Assembly: GCA_963707025.1 (NCBI GenBank)
Contig: CAVPOM010000004.1
Coordinates: 96,001 to 160,000, forward strand
Source of the DNA: an uncultured Verrucomicrobiae bacterium
GTDB lineage: Bacteria > Verrucomicrobiota > Verrucomicrobiia > Limisphaerales > Palsa-1400
Reading direction: 5' to 3'
DNA: 64,000 nt
Every line of letters starts with the position of its first letter. The first letter of the stretch is position 1. Position numbers and translations under genes: made by a program. Of this stretch, positions 25,809-36,938 are shown in pieces. The notes beneath the pieces were generated by a model that searched no databases, had not been told where the DNA came from, and worked only from the letters and a program-made list of their open reading frames with translations.

Positions 25809-25834
25809 GTCGCGCGGCCCGCTGAAAGCTTACA
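25809..25834 (-). promoter_or_regulatory. Putative ECF sigma promoter for msrBA
   Basis: Minus strand reads TGTAAG-ctttcagcgggccg-CGCGAC. Confidence 0.8.
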
Positions 25835-25921
25835 GAGGAAAATGAAAAGGCGTTGGTCTGCCTTCCACGGGCCAAAGCTGGGAGAGTTTGCTTTTCCCGC
25901 ATGAATCATTAGATTTTACCC

Positions 25922-26572
25922 GTGAACGCGGACAAAAATTCAACCGCAAGCCAGGCGTTGCCTCGAGAAAGCGCTCTCGCGGCTCCAGCCCTGTCCGACC
26001 CAGAGCGGTGGGTGGAACTTCACGGCGATTACCTTTTCAGGTACGCCATGATGCGCCTGCGCGACCCCAGCAAGGCGGAAGATGCTGTCCAGGAAACCTT
26101 TCTCGCCGCGCTAAAAGGAGGCAAGAGTTTCGCCGGACGGTCGGCGGAGAAGAGTTGGCTGGTCGGTATTCTTAAAAACAAGATTTCCGATTATTATCGC
26201 AAAGCCAGCCGCGAAACCTCGTTCACAGACCTGGAGTTTTACTCGGACGAAGAGAGTGACCGCTTTGTCGCGGACGGCCTGTTCAAAGACAGTTGGATTC
26301 ACGAACTCGGCCCGCAGGAGTGGTCTAGTCCCGGCGCCAGTCTGGACAGCGAGGTGTTTTGGCAGACTTTTCGCGATTGCTCGAGCAAACTGCCAAAGAA
26401 CGTCGGGACTGTATTCACTTTGCGGGAGGTTGATGGCATCGAGAGCAGGGAGATTTGTGCAATGCTGAACATTTCCGAGAGCAATCTTTGGGTGATGCTG
26501 CATCGCGCCCGCATGGCCTTGCGCCGCTGCCTGGAAACGAACTGGTTTGGAAAAAGGGACCCGCAGGAATGA
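25922..26572 (+). CDS. ECF RNA polymerase sigma factor
   Basis: AEDAVQETF, WLVGILKNKISD, NLWVMLHRARMALRRCLE. Confidence 0.95.
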   Translation: MNADKNSTASQALPRESALAAPALSDPERWVELHGDYLFRYAMMRLRDPSKAEDAVQETFLAALKGGKSFAGRSAEKSWLVGILKNKISDYYRKASRETSFTDLEFYSDEESDRFVADGLFKDSWIHELGPQEWSSPGASLDSEVFWQTFRDCSSKLPKNVGTVFTLREVDGIESREICAMLNISESNLWVMLHRARMALRRCLETNWFGKRDPQE

Positions 26573-26648
26573 AATTTGGCCAGGCACATCGCCCGGCGCC
26601 CGCGAGATGCGCGAGGCGGGTGAATCAAAAAGACGAAAAAAATCGGCT

Positions 26649-26674
26649 TGTAAGGTCTGTCCTTTTGGCGCGAC
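26649..26674 (+). promoter_or_regulatory. Putative ECF sigma promoter for msrP-msrQ-anti-sigma
   Basis: TGTAAG-gtctgtccttttgg-CGCGAC. Confidence 0.8.
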
Positions 26675-26810
26675 CCATCCTGGACAGTTAAACCTGAACA
26701 ACAAAAACGAAAGAAACGAAAACAAGCTTATGAAATTAACACCGTGTCGGGTATGGACATGCCGGCACGCCCCGCTCAATAATTGATGGCCTTTGCTTTT
26801 GACTGATTTC

Positions 26811-27788
26811 GTGAACGATTCAAACAAAATATTGGCCCGTGAGATAACCGACCCCGGGGTTTACTTTAATCGCCGGAAATTCATCCGCGCGGGCATCCTT
26901 TCGGCCAGCGCCGTGGCTACCGGGTTGGTCTATCGGCGTCTCAATCATGCCGCGACGGGTACTGTTGACACGCCCTTGATCCAGGGACTGACAGCGCCCG
27001 CCGCGGCGGGGGATGCCGCCGGCTTTCGCGCCACCGATGCGGAGACCTCCCTCCAGAACATCACGCATTACAACAATTTCTATGAATTCTCGACCGACAA
27101 GGAAGGAGTCGCAGCGGCGTCGGCCAAATTTGAGACTAAAAGCTGGCGGGTGTCGGTTGAGGGCTTGGTGAGAAAGTCCAAGGTTTTCGACCTCGACGAA
27201 TTGTTGAAAATCAGTCCGCCCGAGGAACGAATTTACCGAATGCGTTGCGTGGAAGCATGGTCCATGGTCATTCCGTGGGTTGGTTTTTCGCTGTCTAAAC
27301 TTCTCAATGTGGTGGAGCCGACCAGCGATGCGAAGTATGTCGCCTTCGAGACTCTGCTGGACCCTCAGCGCCTGCCGGGACAACGCAGTGATGTGCTCGA
27401 CTGGCCTTATGTCGAGGGTTTGAGAATGGATGAGGCTATGCACCCGTTGACCCTGCTGGCCAGCGGGCTGTATGGGCGGGAATTGCCGCCCCAAGACGGC
27501 GCCCCGATCCGGCTGGTGGTGCCATGGAAGTACGGTTTCAAGGGGATCAAATCCATTGTCAAGATCAAGCTGGTGCCGACACAACCCCGCACGACCTGGA
27601 GCGCGCAGGCTCCGAATGAATACGGTTTCTACGCCAACGTGAACCCGCAGGTGGACCATCCCCGCTGGAGCCAGGCGACGGAACAGCGGATCGGCGAATC
27701 GGGGCGCCGTCCCACGCTGATGTTCAACGGCTACGCCGAACAAGTCGCCGGTTTATACAGCGGGATGGATCTGCGCGCGAATTTCTGA
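26811..27788 (+). CDS. msrP: Protein-methionine-sulfoxide reductase catalytic subunit MsrP
   Basis: Tat motif [36 protein letters not shown]. Start is 26793 or 26811. Confidence 0.96.
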   Translation: MNDSNKILAREITDPGVYFNRRKFIRAGILSASAVATGLVYRRLNHAATGTVDTPLIQGLTAPAAAGDAAGFRATDAETSLQNITHYNNFYEFSTDKEGVAAASAKFETKSWRVSVEGLVRKSKVFDLDELLKISPPEERIYRMRCVEAWSMVIPWVGFSLSKLLNVVEPTSDAKYVAFETLLDPQRLPGQRSDVLDWPYVEGLRMDEAMHPLTLLASGLYGRELPPQDGAPIRLVVPWKYGFKGIKSIVKIKLVPTQPRTTWSAQAPNEYGFYANVNPQVDHPRWSQATEQRIGESGRRPTLMFNGYAEQVAGLYSGMDLRANF

Positions 27789-27803
27789 CCGGAACACCAC
27801 GCC

Positions 27804-29513
27804 GTGAAAGACAACGACATTCGTTTCGCCAAGTTATTGGTGCTCGTCAATGCCGGCGTGCCGTTGGCCTTGCTGGGCTGGGATGCAGTGCATCACAAGC
27901 TGGGGGCTAACCCGGTCAATTTCGCGATCCTCACGACCGGCATGCTCGCGCTGGTTTTTTTGATCCTGACGTTATTGGTGACACCGTTGCGAAAAATCAC
28001 CGGCTGGAACTGGCTTATTTTCTCGCGGCGCACGCTCGGCCTCTACGCCTTTTTCTACGCCTCCCTGCACTTCCTGATCTTCTTCAGCCTCGACCGCTCG
28101 TTCAGCGTTTCCAGCACGTTGTCTGAAATGGTCAAGCGCAAATACCTGATCGTGGGAATCACCGGCCTCCTGGCCATGGTGCCGCTGGCCCTCACTTCCA
28201 CCAACGCCATGATCAAACGCCTGGGCGGCAAACGCTGGCGGGCGCTGCATCGGCTCGCTTATGTGGCCGCCATTGCGGGGGTGCTCCATTACTACATGCA
28301 GGTGAAGGCCGATGTGCGCCAGCCGCTCGCCTTTGCGGCAGTGCTGCTGGTCCTCTTCGCCTGCCGGCTCATTCCCAACCGCCTCCGCCGTGAGCCGGCG
28401 CCGGTGACCGCCGCCGCCAAGCCGAACCACTGGTCCGGCACGTTGCGCGTGGCGCGCATCGTCAACGAAACACCCGACGTTCGCACCTTCCGCCTCGCCT
28501 CGCCCGACGGCCATCGTCTCCCGTTCCAACATCTGCCCGGTCAGTACCTCGTGCTTTCCTTGCAGATTGACGGGAAAAGGGTCAACCGCACTTATACGAT
28601 CGCTTCTTCCCCGTCCCGTCCCGACTACTGCGAAATCACCGTCAAGCGCGAGGAAAACGGCCTCGCTTCGCGCCACCTTCATGACACCCTTCGCGAAGGC
28701 GACCTGCTCAATGTTTCCGCTCCCGCCGGTCGTTTCACCTTCGACGGCACGCAGTCCAACCGCATCGTGCTCATCGCCGGAGGCGTGGGCATTACGCCGC
28801 TGATGTCCATTTTGCGCTACCTGACCGATCAGAGTTGGAAAGGCGACATCCACTTCCTTTATAGCGCCAAATCTCCACAAGACATCATTTTCCACCAAGA
28901 ACTCGATGGTCTCCAAAGGGGGTTTCCGAACCTCCACCTCCACATCACTCTCACGCGGGCCGAAGGAACCAACTGGGACGGGCGAAAGGGGCGTATCACC
29001 TGCGAAATCCTGAGGCAAACCATACCCGATCTCGCCGGGGGGCCCGTCTATATTTGCGGACCCACCCCCATGATGGAACCAACCATCCAAATACTTCGCG
29101 AGTTGGGCGTTCCCGCGGAGCAAATCAAGTCCGAGGCGTTTGTCGCCGCGAAACGAGCCGAGACCGTCCTGGCATCCTCGGATTCCCCGGCAGCTCCAAC
29201 GCCGTCCGCGACCGGTGCGCTTTCATCAACCTCGCCGGCTGGCGATAAGACAGTCCCCATCTTGACCTTCGCGCGGTCGGTGAAGTCCGCTCCTCTGACA
29301 ACGGAGAAAACGCTGCTGGAAATAGCGGAAGAGGCCGGTATCAACATAGACTTCGAATGCCGCTCCGGGATTTGCGGCCGGTGCAAGACCCGGCTCCTGG
29401 CCGGTTCCGTCAACATGGAAGTCCAGGATGCCCTGGACGACGAGGACAAATCGGAAAAAGTCATTCTGCTCTGCCAGGCCAGGTCCACCGGGAACGCGAC
29501 CATCGAAGCATGA
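27804..29513 (+). CDS. msrQ: MsrQ heme-binding membrane domain fused to FAD/NAD(P)-binding FNR domain and [2Fe-2S] ferredoxin
   Basis: RRTLGL..YASLHF and LHRLAY..LHY (MsrQ); RTYTIASS, AGGVGITP and YICGP (FNR); CRSGICGRC...LLC (ferredoxin). Confidence 0.92.
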   Translation: MKDNDIRFAKLLVLVNAGVPLALLGWDAVHHKLGANPVNFAILTTGMLALVFLILTLLVTPLRKITGWNWLIFSRRTLGLYAFFYASLHFLIFFSLDRSFSVSSTLSEMVKRKYLIVGITGLLAMVPLALTSTNAMIKRLGGKRWRALHRLAYVAAIAGVLHYYMQVKADVRQPLAFAAVLLVLFACRLIPNRLRREPAPVTAAAKPNHWSGTLRVARIVNETPDVRTFRLASPDGHRLPFQHLPGQYLVLSLQIDGKRVNRTYTIASSPSRPDYCEITVKREENGLASRHLHDTLREGDLLNVSAPAGRFTFDGTQSNRIVLIAGGVGITPLMSILRYLTDQSWKGDIHFLYSAKSPQDIIFHQELDGLQRGFPNLHLHITLTRAEGTNWDGRKGRITCEILRQTIPDLAGGPVYICGPTPMMEPTIQILRELGVPAEQIKSEAFVAAKRAETVLASSDSPAAPTPSATGALSSTSPAGDKTVPILTFARSVKSAPLTTEKTLLEIAEEAGINIDFECRSGICGRCKTRLLAGSVNMEVQDALDDEDKSEKVILLCQARSTGNATIEA

Positions 29514-29818
29514 ACCGGATCCTTAACATTTTGAAAACCCTCCTCCGCGGGGTTGGCGCGCTTTCCCCCACTTGCAAGCAGGCCGCTCAACTACAGTCGG
29601 TTGCGCTTGATCGCACGCTTACGCCTGTGGAAAGGTTCGGATTACGCTTTCACCTCCTCTTCTGCAAATGGTGCCGCGCCTATGGCAAACAGATAAAGTT
29701 CCTGAGCGCGGCGGCCAAAGAGCACGCATCAGACGATGACCAACCTTCACCCCATCTGGCCCTTTCATCTGAAGCCCGCGAGCGTATCAAACGAAGTCTG
29801 CAATCAGGCAAAGAATAA
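29510..29818 (+). CDS. zf-HC2 zinc-binding anti-sigma factor
   Basis: TCKQA...HLLFCKWC (HxxxCxxC); ATGA overlap with the msrQ fusion. Confidence 0.85.
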   Translation: MNRILNILKTLLRGVGALSPTCKQAAQLQSVALDRTLTPVERFGLRFHLLFCKWCRAYGKQIKFLSAAAKEHASDDDQPSPHLALSSEARERIKRSLQSGKE

Positions 29819-29856
29819 TTACCTTCATAATTTTTTCGGCAACGATTCGCGTCTGC

Positions 29857-30290
29857 TTATTTGTGTGGCGCAACTTTCCGGATCTCCTGTTCCGCCTGCA
29901 CCCAGTCCTGAACCGCGTGGCCGTCGTGGCGGCCTTCCTGCTCATATAATTCATAGGCTCGCTTGGCGATCTGCGGGGTCAAATCGGGCGATGTCTTGGT
30001 TTTGGCAGGATCAAGAATTCGATAGGCGAGTATTTTCACGCGGTCATTCACGAGGAACCACACGAGCGCATAGCCCCACACGAACCCGGCCCAACCCCAG
30101 CCCAGGGGCGTCATGAACAGCCCGTAAACTGCGATCAACGTTGCCACGATTTGCGTGCCGACCACCGCCACCCATAGAACCCGCGCGGGGCGTATGGACC
30201 AGAACGGGCCGCGCGCGCGCGTCAGGAAAATCGTCAAATGTCCCGCCACGGACAGCTTCAGATACATCAGCGTTTGGATGTGCGCGTCCA
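29857..30290 (-). pseudogene. C-terminal fragment of a P-type H+-efflux ATPase with DUF2934-like tail
   Basis: QTLMYLKLSVAGHLTIFLTR..GPFW; IAKRAYELYEQEGR..DWVQAE. Confidence 0.8.
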
Positions 30291-30419
30291 CAGAAAACAA
30301 CACGGCGCAGGCATCTCACCTGCGCCCTACAGTTGCCAGAGCACGCTTAGAACTGGTCGCAGGTCGGGAAGCCTGGCGAAGCCTTCACAAACCGTCGCTA
30401 ACTCAACATACCATTCTCG

Positions 30420-30865
30420 TCAGGACCTCAGGATTTCGAACAGCCTCGAAAAAGTGTTCCAGTTGCGGATGGTGATGGATCCGCCGAATTGCTTCTCAAG
30501 TTGGCCCAAGAAGCCAATCGTCCGCATAATTCTCCGGTAAAGACCGAAGACGAATCTTCCTCGAATTGCGACGATCCTGACCACCCAGTCCTCGACGGGC
30601 GGGAGATTGAGCGGGAAGGCAGGCAGGACACGCGGCCGTTTGGCCAGAATGCCGACGAAGCGAACTATGTCCGGCCCGCAAGGTTCTCCCGCATAAGATT
30701 CTGCCGAGACCAGGCGGACGATATCACTTCCTGAACAGATCATCGCCTGGGTTTCGAAGGAAGGACGGCGTCGGATCTCCAGGCGCAACTTTGCCTGGCT
30801 GATCGGCTTCCGAACGACAAAGGTTCCAGTGGCGCCAACGCTCATTACGCCGAGTTGGGCCACGC
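30420..30865 (-). pseudogene. DUF1697 family fragment
   Basis: SVGATGTFVV and TIRNWNT motifs; N-terminus missing. Confidence 0.7.
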
Positions 30866-30869
30866 GAGT

Positions 30870-31852
30870 CACCATTTTGAGCCGCTCCGAAGAGAGCGCG
30901 CGACGGCTGGCAAACCTGGCGAACTTTCGCGCCGCGGCACTGGGTTGCGAACTCGAATGCGAAGCGGCAGCCACAACCTGGGAAGAAGCGGATCTCGAAG
31001 AACACATTGCGAAATGCCTGGCCGCGCCTGGTTCTTCACGCGGCCAGTTTCCAATCCCCATGGCCCAAGGACGACGCCGATTCGCTCTGGCGCAAGGCCA
31101 TGCGTCAGCATGGGTTCGGCCTGACCACCGCTCTCCAGGCCGTGCTGGCCTTTCGCGTCGCGCGCGCCACGCACGCAGGCGCGCGCGGCGCGGCTTTTGT
31201 GAATTGTTGCTACCCGGACGCCGTCAATCCCCTGCTGGCGCAGGCGAAAATCCCCGTGACTTGCGGCGCCGGCAATGTCTCCATCATCGCCGCATTGTGG
31301 CGCTCCCGCGTGCGGTCCGCTGCGCCGGTGCGCATCCTGGCGCATCACGCGCACCTGATGCAGCTTGCCCGGCCCGGCACCGGCGACGGCGTCCTGCCGC
31401 GAGTCTGGGTCGGCGAAAAGGAATGTGACCGCGTTCGCGAGGTTTTGGGCAGCCTGCAGTTCCCGGAGGGTAAGGCGATGAATCATCTGACGGGAGCAGT
31501 AACCGCGACTCTGGCGCAGGCGTTGCTTGGCAAACGCGCGGTCCACACAAACGCGCCCGGTCCGTCCGGTTGGGTGGGCGGCTATCCTGTCGTGGTCCAT
31601 TCAGGCAAGGCAGCGCTCGACCTTCCGCGCGGCCTCTCGCCATCGCAAGCCCGGGCCTTCAACGAGGAAGCTCAACTCGCCGAAGGCATTGTGTCCATCG
31701 GCAGGGAAGGATTGCGCTACACGGAAGCCCTCGCGACGGAATTGCGCCTTTGCGGCAGCCAATTCGCGGAAGGCTTTGGGGTTGACAAAGTTGAGGAGGC
31801 CGCGCGAGACCTGCAAGAAGTTCGATTCCGTATGGGGGGCAACGCGCCTTGA
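30870..31852 (+). pseudogene. Uncharacterised dehydrogenase-like protein, N-truncated and frameshifted near 31015
   Basis: ASFQSPW, VNCCYPDAVNP, GAGNV, GGYPV; upstream part lies in another frame. Confidence 0.45.
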
Positions 31853-31977
31853 ACGTTGGAATCAGCCCAGATCGGGCTGGAAAAACGACTTGCAAACCTG
31901 TGGAGAGGGTGGAGAATTACACAAAGGATCCATGCTGTTTCAATCGAGGTCTTGAAGGGCACATCACGAAACAATGT

Positions 31978-33138
31978 ATGAGAAAAAGTCAATCAGTCGC
32001 TCATCTGTCTTTGGCATTGCTCGTTAGTCTCTTCTCGGGTTGCGCGACCGAATCACATCAAGGCGTCAGGTCGGGAACCGTTGCCTACGCGGGCTTGCGT
32101 TTGACAGTCGAGCTGCGGGACGGTTCGCGCGTTGCCGGCACCAGCAAGGACAATCACTGTGAATTCAAGTCCGAGATCCTGGGCAAACTGAAACTGCCCT
32201 TGCAAAAAGTCCGGTTCGTTGAGTCGGCAGGCTCGACAGTCAATACCAATCTCGTCAAACTGACCACGGCCGACGGCGATACGCTGGCGGTGAAATTCGT
32301 CACCAAGGAAATCCGAATGGCTACGACCCATGGGGAGGTCAGGCTGCCGGTGGGCCTGATCAAAAGCTTGCGGGTATCGGCGGCTGGCCGGATCGGGCGG
32401 CCCAAGGAGGGGCTGGTCGGCCTTTGGTCCGGCGAGGGAAATGCGGTGGATTCCATCGGCGGCAACAACGGGGTTCTCCGCAATGTCAGCTTTACGGACG
32501 GGGTGGTGGGCAGGGCGTTTACATTTGCGCCTGAAAACTTCCCGGATGGCACCTACACGGGCGTGATGATTCCCGACCAGCCCGCCTATGCCTTGACCCA
32601 CTCCTTAACCGTTGATGCCTGGGTGCGCCCGCGCGGAGCTGGCTGCGTCGTCCTTTTCCGGGGCGATCATCGTCCGGGCTTGGATCCTTACACGCTCTCC
32701 ATGCAGGGCAAGGACACCCTTCTATTCCAGATTTGCGGCCCAAAAGGCGATTCGGATTTGGCTAATGTTGAAACGAAGCTGGGTTATTGTGTGTGGACTC
32801 ATGTGGCGGCAGTTCTGGATGGCGACGCCGGAATGATGATATTATACACAAACGGGGTGATGGCGGCGCAGGCCGCAACGCGGGTCCGGCCGTTTGGTGA
32901 GTTGCTCCCGGACATGTCCCCTGGCCTCGGCATTGGCAACGTCAACGACGGTGGAAACAACTTTCCGTTCGTTGGTGACCTGGACGAGGTCGGGCTGTAT
33001 AACCGGGCCTTGTCGGCGGAGGAAGTGAACGCGATTTATTCTGAAAACTCCGCCCAGGCCGGGGGCTACGCGGCGCCGCTGCCGCCGCGAAATGCAATTC
33101 CCAACAAGGCGCGCCCAAACCTGCTTACCGTTCGGTGA
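31978..33138 (+). CDS. LamG/concanavalin-A-like domain lipoprotein
   Basis: FSGC lipobox; WTHVAAV, LYTNG, FVGDLDEVGLYNRALS. Confidence 0.85.
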   Translation: MRKSQSVAHLSLALLVSLFSGCATESHQGVRSGTVAYAGLRLTVELRDGSRVAGTSKDNHCEFKSEILGKLKLPLQKVRFVESAGSTVNTNLVKLTTADGDTLAVKFVTKEIRMATTHGEVRLPVGLIKSLRVSAAGRIGRPKEGLVGLWSGEGNAVDSIGGNNGVLRNVSFTDGVVGRAFTFAPENFPDGTYTGVMIPDQPAYALTHSLTVDAWVRPRGAGCVVLFRGDHRPGLDPYTLSMQGKDTLLFQICGPKGDSDLANVETKLGYCVWTHVAAVLDGDAGMMILYTNGVMAAQAATRVRPFGELLPDMSPGLGIGNVNDGGNNFPFVGDLDEVGLYNRALSAEEVNAIYSENSAQAGGYAAPLPPRNAIPNKARPNLLTVR

Positions 33139-34290
33139 TTTGGACGAGGCCGGATTGGGTTAATAGTTAAGCACTTCGGCTGCAGTTCTAGAACGTCCGG
33201 CTGCGGGGGAAAGCCCCATTTCGGAGTGTCCGAAGCGGGCGAAGGAGTGATTTTCAGCAGGAGGCAGCCGTGGCGTGGGATGACCGCAGCAAATTCGCCT
33301 TTGGCCTTGCCGAGGTCTCTTTGCCGCCATACGTCGCGCACTTTCTGCTGTCCGGTCAAACCAAGCTCAGACCATTTGGCGGTCACTTTCACCGGCATCT
33401 CATTCAGGTTGAATAGCCCCACCGCCTTGGAGCCGTCCTCCAACGGGCGCGCCCAGACTTGCCAGGCGCCGTTTGGGGATTGGCACACTGTCCGAGCACC
33501 CATGCCCAGCGCGTCCTGGTGGATGGCCAGCACCTCGTCGTTGCAGAGCAGGCCGACCGTGAAATCGTCGGCTTTTGCGAGATCGCATCCGAGGATCAAG
33601 GGCGAAGGGTAAAGTGTCCAAAGGGTAAAATGAGTCAGCTGCTCGGCGGGCGAAAGTTTGGACTCGTGCTGCGGTTCAAAAGTCCATCCTACGACGCCGA
33701 CCACGAGCATGTCGGGATCGTTCCAGTGGCCCGGCGGCGAAAGGGGACAAATCAACATCGGAGCCTCTCGGTCCGGGATGGAAACCGATGGCGGAAACCT
33801 GGGGCCAATGGTCGCGAATGTCGCTGGTGGTGCGCCAGGAATTGCCGCCGACGTCGGGGTTGGCCCCCCATTCCCACACATTGCCATTTCCGTATTGACA
33901 GATGCTGAAGACGATGTCGCGGGGGGCCTGGTTGAGGACGGCGCGCATTACCTTGTAAGGCTTCTTCAATCCGTCCAGGCCGTTCGTCTCCGCCCGGTAG
34001 CTGCACCAATCGTACTTGAGATAATCCACGCCCCACGAGCACCACTGCATTACGTCTTTCTCCTCGTGGCGAAAGCTGGCTTCCAGGCCCTGGCAGGTGG
34101 TCGGGCCGGGGCTGCTGTAAATGCCAAATTTGAGGCCCAGGCTGTGGATGTAATCACCCAGCGCCTTCATGTCGGGAAATTTTTTGTTGGGAATGAAATG
34201 GCCCTCCTCGTCGCGGGCCGGCCCTTCGTACAAGGCGTCGCCCTGACGCGGGCTGCGCTCCCAGCCGTCATCGAGAACTTCATTGATGTC
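33135..34290 (-). pseudogene. GH27 alpha-galactosidase, N-truncated and frameshifted near 33780
   Basis: LDDGW, KFPDMKALGDYIH, DYLKYDWC, WRTTSDI; then PGHWNDPDMLVVG in another frame. Confidence 0.9.
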
Positions 34291-34319
34291 ATGGGCACCA
34301 CGAGCAAGGTGCTGTTTGT

Positions 34320-34880
34320 TTAACTGCGGCGTGCCTGCTGTGGTCTCTTTCGCGCTGATACGGCACATGTTCCGCCCAAAAGAAGGTCTCTTCCCACTTG
34401 TCAATGTCTGGAAGCAACTTCGGCGGCGCCATCTTCCGGAGCCGCAGAAAAAACTCCCTTTTAAGATCCACCAGGCTGGCGTCGCCATCCGGTTCGGTGC
34501 CGGCGGCGAGCAGCACGGTGGTTTGCTCTTCTTCGCCGTCCGAGTTGCGGCGAATCGAATCATGGAGGAAGAGCAGTTCGCGGCTTCGCCGTGTTCCTTC
34601 GATCACGGAATTGATCGCCGACCGAATGTAGTGCAGGAAAGCGCCTTTGGTTCGAACCTGCCCGATCCTTGGCCGGCGGCCCCGTTCGCCTTTCATGATT
34701 CCGCGGAGTATTGACAGCAATGCCTTCTGCACGGCGTCTTCCCCTGAAACCCGGCTGCGGGAGGTCCGCCCCAGGCGGCGTTCGGCAAATTCGGCCAGGT
34801 GATTAGGATCCGCGGCGGTGAGTTGGTGCAATTGTTCCAGGGTGAGTGCCCGGATTTGACCGGGGCGCGCGGAGTTTCAG
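34320..34880 (-). pseudogene. Hypothetical sigma-region-2-like protein fragment
   Basis: EDAVQKALLSIL...FLHYIRSAINS weakly resembles sigma region 2; both ends look disrupted. Confidence 0.3.
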
Positions 34881-35064
34881 CTGCCCGAGAAAAAGCCAGA
34901 CGGAAGTTGGAGAGTCATGGTCTGGCGCCTACCCAAGGAGCCGGGGGGATTCGGAGACATTGCGATAGACCCCAATGGCCGAGTTACAAATTATTATCGT
35001 GGATACTGAACCGAGGCGGCGAAAAAGCCCTTGAATGCCTCAAGAACCCTGATATGAATAATGC

Positions 35065-35415
35065 ACCTTGGAGTGGCCGTTCCAGATTGCAGTCCCGGAG
35101 CGGCTGGGCTTGGACATGGTGGCGATGGCGGATCACCAGAAGCTGATGCTGGCCCGGCAACAGGCCGCCCAAAGGGCTTCCCAGCAAATCCACCAAGGCG
35201 TCGAAAGATTCGTGGCCGATTGCGTGGCTGCGCTCCGGGAACAGACCGCTCAACTCTGCGAGGACATGCTGCAAAGCATTAACGGGAGCGAGACGGGGGT
35301 TCACCAGAAAACATTGAATTGCCTCGTCCGGTTCATTGACGAATTCAAACAAATGAACTTTGTCAATGACACCGAGATGGAGCGGCGGTTGCAGGCGGTG
35401 CGCCAGGAACTCCTG
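35065..35415 (+). pseudogene. DUF3150-like protein fragment
   Basis: FVADCVAALREQTAQLCEDML..GVHQKTLNCLVRFIDEFKQMNF; truncated at both ends. Confidence 0.55.
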
Positions 35416-36540
35416 GGCAGTGAGACGCCAGGGGAGCACGCTGAGGGCGCTGACCGTCAAAATGGCTGCCGTGGCCAGGACCATGCGCTTGGTGGAATTC
35501 GATTTGATAAGTTTCATAGCATTTAATCTCTTGGCTAACATTTCCTTTGTTTCGGTCAGCCCCAAGGTGACCGAAAAGGGTTCGCGGCGCTTCAAGAGGT
35601 TGAGGGCGGCGACGCCGACGAGCATGTCGCCGTAGGCGGCGGCGGGCACGCGGGTCATGCGGACAACCATTTCATCGCAGGCCATTTCCTGGGTAAGTCG
35701 CCATTCCCGGCGGACCAGCCATAATAGGGGATGGAAGAAGAACAGGCTTTCGCCGGCCACGGCGAGCCAAATCCACCACAAATCAGATCGTTTTATATGC
35801 GCCATTTCGTGCGCGATCATCAGGCGCATTTTCGACAAGCTGGATCCGGAAACCAGGGCGGATGGCAGGACAATGACCGGCCGCCAGATTCCCAGAAGCA
35901 AAGGACTGCAAATGGCCTCGCTCATCAGCAAAGATGGGACGGCGGACAGGCGGAAAGAGCAGGCCAATTCGGCGGCACATTGCAGCAGGGACGAGTCGGC
36001 CACTGGCGAGCAAGCGCACCGGAGACGACGGGCACGCCGCGAGCCGCGCCACGCGCAGAGGCCAAAGGCGGCGACGCCCAGGGCCCAAACAAGCATCAGC
36101 CAGGCGGCGGCGTTGGGCAGGATGCGAAGGGCCGGGGCGGAAGAGGGTTGGCGTGGAGGGGCGGGCGGTTCGGCGGTGGCGGCGGGCGGGGCCGGCGTCA
36201 ATTGTGGTTGCGCGGGAACGGAAAATGCGGGCGATGGGAGATCAAGATTAGGAAGCGAAGGAAGCAAGTCGGCGAACTGCGCCGGAGGCGACAGTGGCGC
36301 GGTGTTGGCCGGGAGCAGAGGCAAGTCAATGGGCGTGGCCAAAAGCAACGCGACGAGGAGTTTCAAATAGGCCAGGCGCCAGAGCCATGACTTGGCGCGG
36401 GCTGGAAGCCGATGGAAGACGCGGCAGACCGCCCAAACCAGGAGCAAGGCGAGACTTCCCTGCCAGGTCGCGCGCCATACGGCGGCCAGCCAGGAGTCGG
36501 CGAGCGGGTTGAGATGCAGAATCCAGGTGTTCATGGTCAT
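35410..36540 (-). pseudogene. BlaR1/M56 family metallopeptidase sensor, C-terminal domain lost
   Basis: AHEMAHIKR, FFFHPLLW, EMACD. After the last TM (PWRLTAQE) the frame reads antisense through the DUF3150-like fragment to 34984. Confidence 0.85.
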
Positions 36541-36938
36541 TTCGCGGGTTTGTCGCGCTCCAGTTCCGCCACCAGATCGCGAAGTTCGGCAACTTCCCCG
36601 GCGCTGAGTTTGCCTTCGTGCGTCAGGTAGGCGACGAAGGGCGAGAGCGAACCTCCCAGGGTGCGCTCGACAAATTCGCGCACCAGGGAGCGTAGCAATT
36701 CGGCCCTGGGCACGCTTGGGGAATACTGGAAAATGCCGTTGATCTTGCGACGCTTGAGATAGCCCTTTTTGCGCAACCGCTCCATCACGTTCAGGACGGT
36801 GGTGCGGACGTGGCCTTTGGTGGCGGACACATACTCGGCCACGTCGCGAACACTGACCGGGTGGTGATCGGAGACGTAGCGGAGAATCTCCATTTCGGCG
36901 CGCCCGATATTGGGCGGGTTGTCGGCGGTGGTTCTCAT
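36537..36938 (-). CDS. BlaI/MecI/CopY family transcriptional repressor
   Basis: AEMEILRYV, TTVLNVMERLRKKG; coupled to the M56 gene. Confidence 0.93.
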   Translation of the reverse strand: MRTTADNPPNIGRAEMEILRYVSDHHPVSVRDVAEYVSATKGHVRTTVLNVMERLRKKGYLKRRKINGIFQYSPSVPRAELLRSLVREFVERTLGGSLSPFVAYLTHEGKLSAGEVAELRDLVAELERDKPAK

